From: Octopus vulgaris
Taxonomy: Eukaryota
NCBI GenBank assembly: GCA_951406725.2
Contig: OX597821.1
Span: 41,416,001-41,480,000 of the forward strand
Length of the DNA stretch: 64,000 bases
Direction of reading: 5' to 3'
Of the stretch, positions 52,775-64,000 are shown piece after piece (position 1 is the stretch's first letter; the number at the start of each line of letters is the position of its first letter). Position numbers and translations under genes: made by a program. The notes under the pieces are model-generated. The model searched no databases, was not told the DNA's origin, and saw only the letters and a program-made list of their open reading frames with translations.

Positions 52775-53655
52775 AAAATATTGGTTTCAAATTTTGGCAC
52801 AAGGCCAGCAGGTTTCGGAGTAGGGCTATATCAATTAAATCAACCCCAATATTCAACTGGTATTTATTTTATCGACCCCAAAAGGATGAAAGACAAGGTT
52901 GATATTGGTAGAATTTGAACTCAGAACATAAATATGGACAAAATGTGGTTAAGCAGTTTGCCTGGAAATCTAATAATGCTGTCAGTTCACTGCCTGTCAA
53001 TAACAGGCACAATATTGGTTTCAAATTTTGGTATAAGACCATCAGGTTCAGGGGAGAGGCTAAGTTGATTACACCGACCCTCACTGTACAAATGCTACTT
53101 ATTTTATTGACCCCGAAAAGACGAAAAGCAAAATCGACTGTGGTGGAATTTGAACTCAGAACGTAAAGGCAACTGAAATGCTACCAAGCATTTTACCCAG
53201 GCAGCGAGCTGGTAGAATAGTTAGCATGCCGGGTGAAATGCTTAGCAGCATTTCATCTGTCTTTATGTTCTGAGTTCTAATTCCGCTATGGTTGACTTTG
53301 CCTTTCATCCTTTCGGGGTCGACAACTTAAGTACCAGTTATGCACTGGGGTCGATATAATTGACTTAATCCGTTTGTCTATCCTTGTTTGTCCTCTCTGT
53401 GTTTAGCCCCTTGTAGGTAGTAAAGAAATAGAAATAGGTATTTTGTCTGCCGCTACATTCTGAGTTTAAATTCCGCCAAGGTCAACTTTGCCTTTCATCC
53501 TTTTGGGGTCAATAAATTAAGTACCAATAAATTAAGTACCACTGGGGTCAATGTAATCGACTTGATACCTATGTCTGTCCTTGTTTGTCCCCTCTATGTT
53601 TAGCCCCTTGTGGGTAATAAAGAAATAGGTAATGATTCTGCCAGCTTGCTGCCTT
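52775..53655. mobile_element. Cluster of four OR-type SINEs (two minus, two plus nested in the second)
   Basis: Minus 52775-52995; minus 53010-53200 resuming at 53628-53655; plus 53200-53435 and 53437-53627. Confidence 0.88.
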
Positions 53656-54524
53656 CCGATAGCAGGCACAGTAGTAACCAAGTAGATACATTACTAAAGC
53701 AAGCAGACTATGAACAGAATATGAGCATGATTAGAGTTGGCGAACAGAGTCTGCACGGCACACTATCACACTCTCACTCAACTGCAGAGGGAAAGATAAT
53801 AATTAATTCAAGAAACATTTAATGAACTTGCCATGTGCCACAGAGAAAACTGAAAGCAATCTTCATTTTTCTCTTATTACGGAAATAAAGCAGCTGAAAC
53901 AGAACCCTGTTTAATGTTTCATTAATGACAAAATCCTATTTCATTACTAAGCCAAATATTTTATCTCTTAAAAGAAAAAGAAAAAGAGTAAAAGAAAGAG
54001 TTAGGATTAAACGTGGCTGCCACGATTATAATATTATTGTGCAGCAATAATCTGATGAAGTTTATAGCAAATATTTTAGCTTTAAAATAAATTACGTTCT
54101 AAACGTGATTAAATGAGGCTAATGGGGTAGGAAGCTAGTTGTAGATGACCAAGTCAAGAGGGTTAGGGTTTAATACTTGAGAGGGTCAGTGGTCTTGCTG
54201 CTTGTCATTTGCATTACAACTGATCCTTGTCATGACATTTAACCCTGAACTTATAAAATATTCATCAATAAATTAATTAGCCTTTCAATTGATTGCAGAG
54301 AAGAGTTAAATTAGGATTGTAACATTGATGCATGGGTTGAGATCTCGTTAAAAAGAAACATCTTAATTTGTTTGGTAATGAAAAGTAACTATGGTACAGG
54401 CAGGGTGACCAAGGAAGAGATGGGAAGAAGTGATGAGATTAGATCTGATGATGTTGGGCTTCGTGGATGGGGACGTTGACTCTGGACCAATCTAGTCTGA
54501 GAATATGGGAAACAAACAATAATT

Positions 54525-54526
54525 GG

Positions 54527-54559
<33 letters not shown>

Positions 54560-54614
54560 CGATGACGATGACGATGATGATGATGATGATGATGACGATG
54601 ACGATGACGATGAC

Positions 54615-54649
<35 letters not shown>

Positions 54650-54855
54650 CAATGATGATGATGATGACAGCAATGATGATGATGATGACGGCAATGATGA
54701 TGATGACGACGACGACGACAATGATGATGATGACGATGATGATGATGATAATGATGATGATGGTGTGATGGTGGTGATGGCAGCGGTGGTGGTGGTGGTG
54801 GTGCTGGTGCTGGTGGTTGGGTGGTAGTTGATGGTGGTGGTAGTGGTGGTGACAA
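54525..54855. repeat. (GAT/GAC)n then (GGT)n tract
   Basis: Direct reading. Confidence 0.95.
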
Positions 54856-55339
54856 GGAAGAGGAGGAATTATGACACATGGGAAGAAATGAGATACCTAT
54901 GGCAGGTAATCAATAGCAAACCATTAAGTCGAATCCTGGCTTCGCTTCCAAAAAATACCAAAGACATTCACCAATTAAGAACCATGGCTTGGTTTTCATG
55001 AATCAAACTTAGATAAATTATTTGATTACTTAATTAAAATGTAATTTACAATTGAACAAGTAAATGTGATGACAGACAACACACGTAGTCTTGTCACTGG
55101 TGAAGGGCTCTGTGTACGGCCAAAAGAGTTACCTTCCAAACAATCCAGTCTAGGGAACCAATTTGGTCTGACACAGATAAAGAGTGTGAGAGGGATTTGA
55201 GGACAGATTTTGGAATTTAATAAAATGACTCTAATCTGTGTATGTGTGGTGGTAGTGGTGGAGGGGTGGTGGTGGTGATGGTGGAGGTGGTGGAGGTTGT
55301 GGTGATGGTGGTGGTGGAGGTGGAGGTGGTGGTGGTGGG

Positions 55340-55755
55340 GGTCTTTGTGTCTAAGTTTGTTCCCCGCTGCCACTTGACATCGGGTGTTGGTGTGTTTATG
55401 TTGCTGTGACTTAGCAGTTCAGCAAAAGAGACTGACAGAATAAGCCCCTGGCTTGAAATAAGTAATAACTCCTGGGGTCGATTCATTTGACTAAAATTCT
55501 TCAAGGCTGTGCTCCAGCATGGCCACAGTCAAGGGAAAACAAGTAAAAGATGAAAGATTGCAAAAACCAAATGTATTTTAGTAAAAATTTGTGCATAGCG
55601 TGGCTCTGTGGTAAGAAGCTTGCTTCCCAACCATATGGTTCCAGGTTCGGTCCCGCTGCTTGACACCTTGGGCAAGTGTCTCTTACTATAGCCTCAGGCC
55701 AGCCAAAAACCTTGTGAGTGGATCTGGAAGACAGAAACTGAAAGAAGCCTGCCAT
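55340..55755 (+). mobile_element. OK-type SINE 3' half (55340-55558) followed by a 5' half (55598-55755)
   Basis: Family motifs gctccagcatggcc..aagtaaaaga, then gtggctctgtggtaagaagc..gaaactgaaagaagcc. Confidence 0.85.
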
Positions 55756-55768
55756 ATATATATATATA

Positions 55769-56016
55769 ATATTAAATTAGAGACAAAACCACTATTATGC
55801 AAATCAAACAATGAAAAACTTAAGCCAATACATATGATTAATTTATATTATTTAAATATGTAACAAAATTATTAAAAAAATATAATTGTGCGATATTAAT
55901 TATATTTTTTTAATAATTTTGTTACATATTTAAATAATATAAATTAATCATATGTATTGGCTTAAGTTTTTCATTGTTTGATTTGCATAATAGTGGTTTT
56001 GTCTCTAATTTAATAT
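55769..56016. repeat. Perfect palindrome, 119-bp arms, 10-bp spacer
   Basis: 55769-55887 is the reverse complement of 55898-56016; spacer gtgcgatatt. Confidence 0.95.
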
Positions 56017-56689
56017 AATATAATATTTTACTATAAAATTGGATTCAATCCTAAATCTGATTTTCCCCTGTAAGTTTGGATTTATTCCCTAATATTTATT
56101 ATTATATATATATATATATATTTATATATGTGAATGACAGTTTCTCAAGGTGCCATGCAGAGGGACTGAACTTGGAACCATGTGGTTGGGAAGCAAGCTC
56201 CTTACCACATAGCTATGCCTGTGCCTATATTATTGACATGCCTACACTAAATGGTCCCTGAGCATTTTGGACATCACTAGAAAAATAATAGCTTTCAACG
56301 AAGCTATGTTACTGTGAGACGCCAAACAGTTTCTCTTTCAATGACACTCCAAACATGGTAGTCCACTGGATTTAAGGCAAGTTTGGAAGCCACAGGCAAG
56401 TTAGAGGCCACAAGTTTGGGGTTACATGCAAGGATTATCTGACATTCATTACTCTTGAGCTTTGTGAAATATTATGGCCATCCATTGCCTACTTCGTCCA
56501 TCTAGGGTTTAACAGCTGTCTGTAGTGCCTCAGTGTATCCAGTAGCATCAGTTCTAAGACCCTGTAACAAAATGTGCTGGGTTTGACATAGCATTCACTA
56601 CTCACCGCTCCTAAAATCATAATTAGGGGTTTCTTACATCAGTAACAATAACAAGGTAAAAGTTTAAAATTATTTAATGACACAAGTAA

Positions 56690-56960
56690 TGATAATGAAC
56701 TTATTGTATACAGTGTTCAGGTGCATTACGACTCATCAGGAAAAAGTAGCTAAAAGTGCATGCATAGAACATAGAATAATGCACTGGAAGGGAACAGTGA
56801 ATGACTTGTTTATGGGGGAAATGTAGGGGCAGGGGGGATCAGGTGTACTGGTGGTGAATTTCAGGAAGCATGGTAGTTTGGAACTACTGTGAGTTGTTTA
56901 TTCTATGCTTCAGCAATTCTGAGAGTGAAAAAATGTTTCCAAAAGTCTTGGGTGCTGTGT
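56690..56960 (-). mobile_element. CR1 LINE 3' end, second copy
   Basis: ttattgtatacagtgttcaggtgca...gtgaaaaaatgtttcc matches 11110-11805. Confidence 0.8.
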
Positions 56961-56964
56961 TGTT

Positions 56965-57184
56965 GCCAGTAACACCTGACTGGCCCTCATGCTGGTGGCA
57001 TGTTAAAAGCACTCATTACACTCTCGGAGTGGTTGGCATTAGGAAGGGCATCCAGCTGTAGAAACTCTGCCAGATCAGATTGGAGCCTGGTGCAGCCTCC
57101 TGGTTCACCAGTCCTCAGTCAAATCGTCCAACCCATACTAGCATGGAAAGTGAACGTTAAACAATGATGATGATGATGATGATG
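56965..57184 (+). mobile_element. RTE LINE 3' UTR fragment
   Basis: acactctcggagtggttggcattaggaagggcatccagctgtagaaac..(gat)n. Confidence 0.87.
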
Positions 57185-57874
57185 AAGCGTACCCATGAGT
57201 GCTTGACATATGAAATTCAAAAAAGTACCCCAAAGTAGTTGTTGGAAAGTTGGTGGATAATGTTGTGCCTACCAAGTCAGTTGCCAAATGTTGGCGCTTT
57301 ACAGTGTCCATGCCCAGAGAAGCAAGACATTCAGCATATAGCAGATGCCTGATGGTGGATAATTAAGTATATTCTCATTTATCTGTTGATTCATTTCATT
57401 AGGAATATCTTTCTCTGGAATTTATTCTGTATTTAGATATTTTCATAAAGTCTAAACGAAATATCATGAAATAAAGGCTTTGTTTCCATGATTTCAGAAA
57501 TGGAATTGTATACTTTTAAGAAACAAAATTAAATCATTGGTAATAATTTGTTTCACGAATATAATAATTCCAATATTGTAATAATTAACATTTAGGTCCA
57601 CCTGGAGTAAAATGGTGGCGCTCAATTTGGTTATTTCTGCATATTTATATATTCAAGACTGGGATATCTAATTTGATAACAAACAATTTGCATAAATTTT
57701 AGAATAAATTTGATTATGGAACTATAAATTCATTTGAAAAGTACTTAATTTCCTTTTAAATGACTCATAGAATATATAGAGAGAGAGCTTCAGTGACAAA
57801 AAGAACGACTGAGAATAGATTCTTTAGTAAAATATCCTAACATAAAACAATATTCTGTGTAATTTTTTGTAATA

Positions 57875-58602
<728 letters not shown>

Positions 58603-58978
58603 GATGAATCCCAGCCAAAAGCCGTATTCCTTTGAAGAAAGAAACCCTTAAAAATGAAGTTTTAAATCTGCATTACATGAAGCTTGTCTCTATCAAATAT
58701 ATCTACTTAGTGTTTGTTAGTTTAAACCAGTTGAAAACTATTTCAAAGTACCATCTTTATAAAGTGACCTCATGTAAAAGAAAGAAAGAAAAATGATAAA
58801 ATATTGACAAAAAAAAAATAACAAAAAGCAAAAAAATGGAAGAAATAATATCAAATGTGAATAATGTGAAGAATTCACTAATCAGTATATTGAAATCTAA
58901 TTTTAAAATAAATTTCATTATCAACCTTTTCAATAATTCATTACATATGGCGAGACATTCAAATATATATATATATAT

Positions 58979-59014
<36 letters not shown>

Positions 59015-59037
59015 TTATAGATATACATATACATATA

Positions 59038-59081
<44 letters not shown>

Positions 59082-59144
59082 TATATACGCATATATATAT
59101 GTATATGTATATCTATAAATATATATATACATACATACATATAA

Positions 59145-59175
<31 letters not shown>

Positions 59176-59197
59176 TATTATACTTATGTGTATATAC

Positions 59198-59228
<31 letters not shown>

Positions 59229-59959
59229 TGCATATGCATATTATATTTATACTTATGTGTATATACACATATATATATGTGTATATGTATGCATATATAT
59301 ATATATATGTGTGTGTGTATTTAGAATTTTCTTTTAATTCACGTTTTTGATTTTGCTGTTTTTTTCAATTTCTCACATTATTTTGGTTCATCTTTTTTGT
59401 TTTTTGTGTTGTTACTTTTGCTTCCAAAACTAAAGAGATGATATAATGTTTTCTTATTGCTCATAAGATGTCTACTTTGTAACAGAATTAAAGCTAATGT
59501 ATTAAGCTGTGTCATTATTATTATTATTATTCATTGATAAAAACATTGTGTAAACCGATATTGATAACATCATATGTAAATAAGCTCTTGGTTTGTATAT
59601 AGATGTGACATAGTTATGATGTGGAGACACTGATGGGTGTATAACGTTGCTTGTTGGTCGATCAGTTTTGGAAGGGTGGGGAAGCCACAATCCAAGGAAA
59701 CTGGAGTCTTTGAGGAAGAAATTGGGAAGTTCCATTGCTGTGAGGAGCGAAGAGTCTAGTCTTTCTTCATCTGAAAGGGAAACTGTTGTTATCTCATTGC
59801 CAACAAGAACAACACACATATGCACAATGCACACACACATGCAAACTCACACACACACACACACACACACACACCATCATCATCATCATCTTCGTCATCA
59901 TCATTGGCTGACCATTTTCCATGCATGCAGCCACCTCCCTCAATGTGGCTACTGCCTTA

Positions 59960-60360
59960 CTTGAAGAATCTTGTTTTGCAAGTTGCTTGGGGACCTCTCT
60001 GATACTAGTGCCACATCAAAAGCATCCAGCATATTCTATAAAGTGGTGGTTGTCATTAGGAACGGCATCCAGCTGTAGAAACCATGTCAAAACTGACTAA
60101 TTGGAGATTCATGCAGTCTGGTAGCTTGCCAGTTCTCAACAAACCATCCATCACATGCCAGCAAGGAAAGCAGACATTGAAGGATGATGTTGTTGATGAT
60201 GATGATGAGGAGGAGGAGAATGATAACAATGGTCATATGTATGTTTGTATGTCTGTAAGTATATATATCATCATCATCATCATCGTCGTTTAACGTCCGT
60301 TTTCCATGCTGGTATGTGTTGGATGGTTTTGACCGGGGACTGGCAAGCCAGGAGGCTGCA
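59960..60360. mobile_element. Two RTE 3' fragments tail-to-tail
   Basis: Plus 59960-60205 (gcatccagctgtagaaacc), minus 60268-60360 (tttaacgtccgttttccatgctgg). Confidence 0.75.
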
Positions 60361-60427
60361 AGTGTGTCTGTGTGTCTGTGTGTGTGTGTGTGTGCGTGTG
60401 TGTGTGTGTATGTGTGTGTGTGTGTAC

Positions 60428-60687
60428 TCCTGTACTCTTTTACTTGTTTAAGTCATTTGACTGTAGCCATGCTGGAGCACCGCCTTTAGTTGAAGAAATC
60501 AACCCCAAGAATTATTCTTTGTAAGCTTAGTACTTATTCTATCTTTTGCCAAACTACTAAGTTGCGGGAACGTAAACACAGTGACATCGATTGTCAAAGC
60601 AATGGGCTTCTTTCAGTTTCCATCTACCAAATCTACTCACAAGGCTTTGGTCAGCCTGAGGCTATAGTAGAAGAGACTTGCCCAAGT
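60428..60687 (-). mobile_element. OK-type SINE, 5'-truncated, lacking the internal microsatellite
   Basis: cttttacttgtt..ccatgctggagcaccgcc..gggcttctttcagtttcc..acttgcccaag. Confidence 0.85.
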
Positions 60688-61084
60688 TGTGACAGTACTT
60701 TGGCAAGCTGCTGGTTCTGCTACTGTCTGTTGGTTGCAGTCTCCTGTGTCTGGTCTAATATATGCAATCCATCATCTGCCATAGTCACTAAAATGCACTG
60801 ACAATATTGTGGTGGTCTTGGTGAGATAAGCACACCAATGATGGAGTTGTTGTCAGATCTGGTTCCACATGAAGTCTTGAATGCCCAGATATCTTTACAA
60901 TGTTGGTAATATTCAAACAAACTGGGATCATATTTTTTACATTTTTTTTTGTATTAGGTAAAGTGATCAATTGCTAAATATTCCTGCTACAAGTTTAAAT
61001 ATCTGTAATTTACCATTCTACATAATTAACAGTGCCAAAGGAACCATGAGACATTTTAGCACATCTGTTCTGATGCCACCTATC

Positions 61085-61340
61085 TTATTTCTTTACTGCC
61101 CACAAGGGGCTACACACAGAGGGGACAAACAAGGACAGACAAACAGATTAAGTCGATTATACCAACCCCAGTGCATAACTGGTACTTATTTAATCGACCC
61201 CAAAAGGATGAAAGGCAAAGTCAACCTCGGCAGAATTTGAACTCAGAACGTAAAGACAGACAAAATACTGCTAAGCATTTCGTCCGGTGTACTAATGTTT
61301 CTGACAAGCTCACCGCTTTATCTGCCAAGCTCACCGCCTT
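61085..61340 (-). mobile_element. OR-type SINE (tail A) with duplicated 5' end
   Basis: TSD tgatgYcacctatc (61071-61084 / 61341-61354). Confidence 0.92.
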
Positions 61341-61907
61341 TGATGTCACCTATCTGGCCTCACTGATGTGATGCTGTCTTATTTGACATTAGACGTTTTA
61401 ATGTTGCCTTCTTTTTCACCTGCTTTTCCTCTTCTTTTTTTGTGTGTGACTATGTAGTTATGTTTGCATGAGTAACTCTCTCTCATGCTCTCTCTCTCTC
61501 TCTCCATCTGTACAAGTATATTTCTGCATACGTATGTGCATGTGCATTTCCTTCCTGTGCCAAAAAATAATCTTGCCAAAACAGAGCAAGTGTTCAATAA
61601 GCCCTGCCAAATCCACCAGCCCCCAAACAGCTGCGCCCAGTTATCTCATTCCAAAGTAAGAAGCAGCACACACATGTTATATTTTTGATGCTCTTTATAA
61701 TCATTCATTCTAACAATGGAAATATGGAAATATATTTTAAACATATCAGGAGATATATGAAAACATATTCAATGTTTAACAACATATTGATAGGCTCAAA
61801 ATATAATTAGTCTTGCTACAAAATAATAATTTTGAGGTTATAACCCCAAATATATTCAGGCAAACCTCTCCCAAAGTGCAGCAGCAGCAACAGTAGTAGT
61901 AGTGGTG

Positions 61908-61956
<49 letters not shown>

Positions 61957-62397
61957 GAGTTGGAATAGATGGTGGGTAATGTTAACAGTAGTAGGAAATA
62001 TTTTATTTACTGCATTTGAACTCATTTAATTTCATGCCATGATGGAAACGACAACACCAATAGATAATGCTGTATGTGTATGGGGGAGGTGTATGTGGAT
62101 GTGGGGAGGGGCATGCATGTGTGTCTTTGTGCATATATGTGTGTATTCATATGCATGTGTGTGCATGTGTGTATGAAAGTAATTTAAGAAAATGGCAAAA
62201 AAAAAAAGAAAAAAATGCTTCTATACAATTTTTCAAGGCAAACTATTTTATTAAATGTAATAGAAATAATCAACAGAAAGCAGCCCATTGTTAATAACTA
62301 GTTTAAATTGGTCTACATATACAAAATTTCATGAAAAATAATTCTATATCTTGCAAATTATTGGATGCTACGCATTGACAAACCAACTAAAAAAAAA

Positions 62398-62589
62398 TGA
62401 ATAATAACAACAACAATAATAATAACAATGACGATGATGAAAATAATAATAATAATAACAACAACAACAACAACAACAACAATAATAATAATAACAAGGA
62501 CGATGATGATGATAATAATAATAATAATAATAATGATAATAATAATAATAGTAATAATGATAATGATAATAATTATAATGATGATGATG

Positions 62590-62632
<43 letters not shown>

Positions 62633-62641
62633 TAATAATAG

Positions 62642-62725
<84 letters not shown>

Positions 62726-62735
62726 CAACAACACA
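62398..62735. repeat. (AAT/AAC/GAT)n compound microsatellite
   Basis: Direct reading. Confidence 0.95.
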
Positions 62736-63212
62736 GTTTTCATTTATTCAATATTTCTATAGAAAATAACTTGGCTGTATGATATTACAGCATAAAAAAA
62801 ACGAAATATGTTGTGGCTAGCCAAGCAGAGAGAAAGTGTTGCTTATGTGTTATATCAGCCATAATGTATGGATTCAACAAATCAAATAATTAAATTAAAT
62901 TAACGGTTGAATTGTTTCCAGTTTTTCTATCTACACGTGATGAAAACCACCACATCACCATGCTGCTCAATATATTCTATGTATCTAGTGTTTATATGGC
63001 TTAGGTGTGGCTGTGTGGTCAAGAATCTTGCTTCACAACCATGTGGTGTTTGGTTCAATTCCACTGCACAGCACCATGGACAAGTATTGTTTACTATAGC
63101 CCTGAACCAATCAAGGCATCATGAGTAGATTCGGTAAAAGAGGAAAACAGAAAGTAACTTGTTGTGTATTTCTCTCTGTGTGTGTGTGTATGTATGTATG
63201 TGCATGTATATA

Positions 63213-63585
63213 TCTATACATGCAGTGTCTGTGCAAGACCCTGCCTCAGTAAAGCTGGACTCAAGAGTCATCTTCATAGTCATAAAGCGAGACAGTTGAG
63301 TGACAACCTGGCCACTGGTGGTGGTGATACACAACATACTAATCATATCTGTCAGGCATGTGGAAGAGAGTGTAATTCAGCAGGAGGACTTAAATGACAT
63401 GCAAAGGTACATGAAGCCCAGTTACAACTACAGCCAGCTACTGCCGGTAAAGGTTTTAGCTGCCAATTCTGTACAAGACATTGTAGATCTTTACCTGGGC
63501 TAAAAAGTCACATTCGATCACAAAAACCAATAACAGTTAAGCTTCATGCAATGGCCATACTCGATAACGAGGGGGCAGCCATCAT
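63213..63585 (+). mobile_element. RTE (BovB-like) LINE 3' end with three C2H2-type zinc fingers
   Basis: CSVCARPCLSKAGLKSHLHSH; CQACGRECNSAGGLK*HAKVH; CQFCTRHCRSLPGLKSHIRS; internal stop; 3' end shared with 22925-23006. Confidence 0.78.
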
Positions 63586-63636
63586 ATGTACATAAATATG
63601 TGTATGTATACATACATATACATACATATATGTAAA

Positions 63637-63727
63637 TGAGGTGGTAGCAAAAAGTTCCTGGACTAGTTATGTTTGGTAAAAAATAACTTATTTACCAAAG
63701 TTTCAACATCATCTCCTTTGAAATAGT
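63637..63727 (+). mobile_element. Mariner terminal fragment
   Basis: tgaggtggtagcaaaaagttcctggactagt resembles mariner TIR cgagggggtatcaaaaagtt. Confidence 0.55.
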
Positions 63728-64000
63728 TTAGTAATTCTAAGATTAAGAATTCTATACACCAATGTAAAATTTCTTGTGGTACCGATGTCTATTTCTGCAT
63801 TGGTGCATCCTCTTCCCAGTTATCAAAGAGAATTTCCAATCATTATTCTTCATTTAGGGATAGCAGTAAACGTTATAGCACAGGGCTAAGTAAATTAGTT
63901 TGGTATCTTAAATTCAACAATAAGGATTTTAAGTTAGATTGGTTCATCCTGTCCATCTCTTTCTCTTATGACAAGGGCAAAGGATTTTGTAACATTTGCA

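Noticed and set aside
54158-54172. Telomeric TTAGGG
   Set aside because: Isolated unit, no array

Overview
AT-rich eukaryotic DNA packed with microsatellites and transposons. The SINE repertoire points to an octopus/cephalopod genome (inference from recognising OK- and OR-type SINEs). I find no host protein-coding gene I can support; nearly all listed ORFs are simple-repeat translations. The window holds about 30 copies or fragments of tRNA-derived SINEs, many with clean target-site duplications and several nested. It also holds RTE, CR1 and R4/Dong LINE remnants, Penelope-like (GIY-YIG) remnants, mariner, MULE and m44-like DNA transposon remnants, and MITEs. The most notable signal is RNA-structural. 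There are six hammerhead-ribozyme-like motifs in five unrelated sequence contexts. One lies in a ~350-bp TSD-flanked element that combines a tRNA-like Pol III head, an (AAT)n spacer, a minimal type I hammerhead and inverted termini (9736-10088; second partial copy at 38135-38298). Other points of note: a perfect 119-bp-arm palindrome, an RT with an in-frame PHD finger, a bipartite non-autonomous RTE, and a candidate recursive splice site. All coordinates were read by eye; element boundaries may be off by 10-20 bp.
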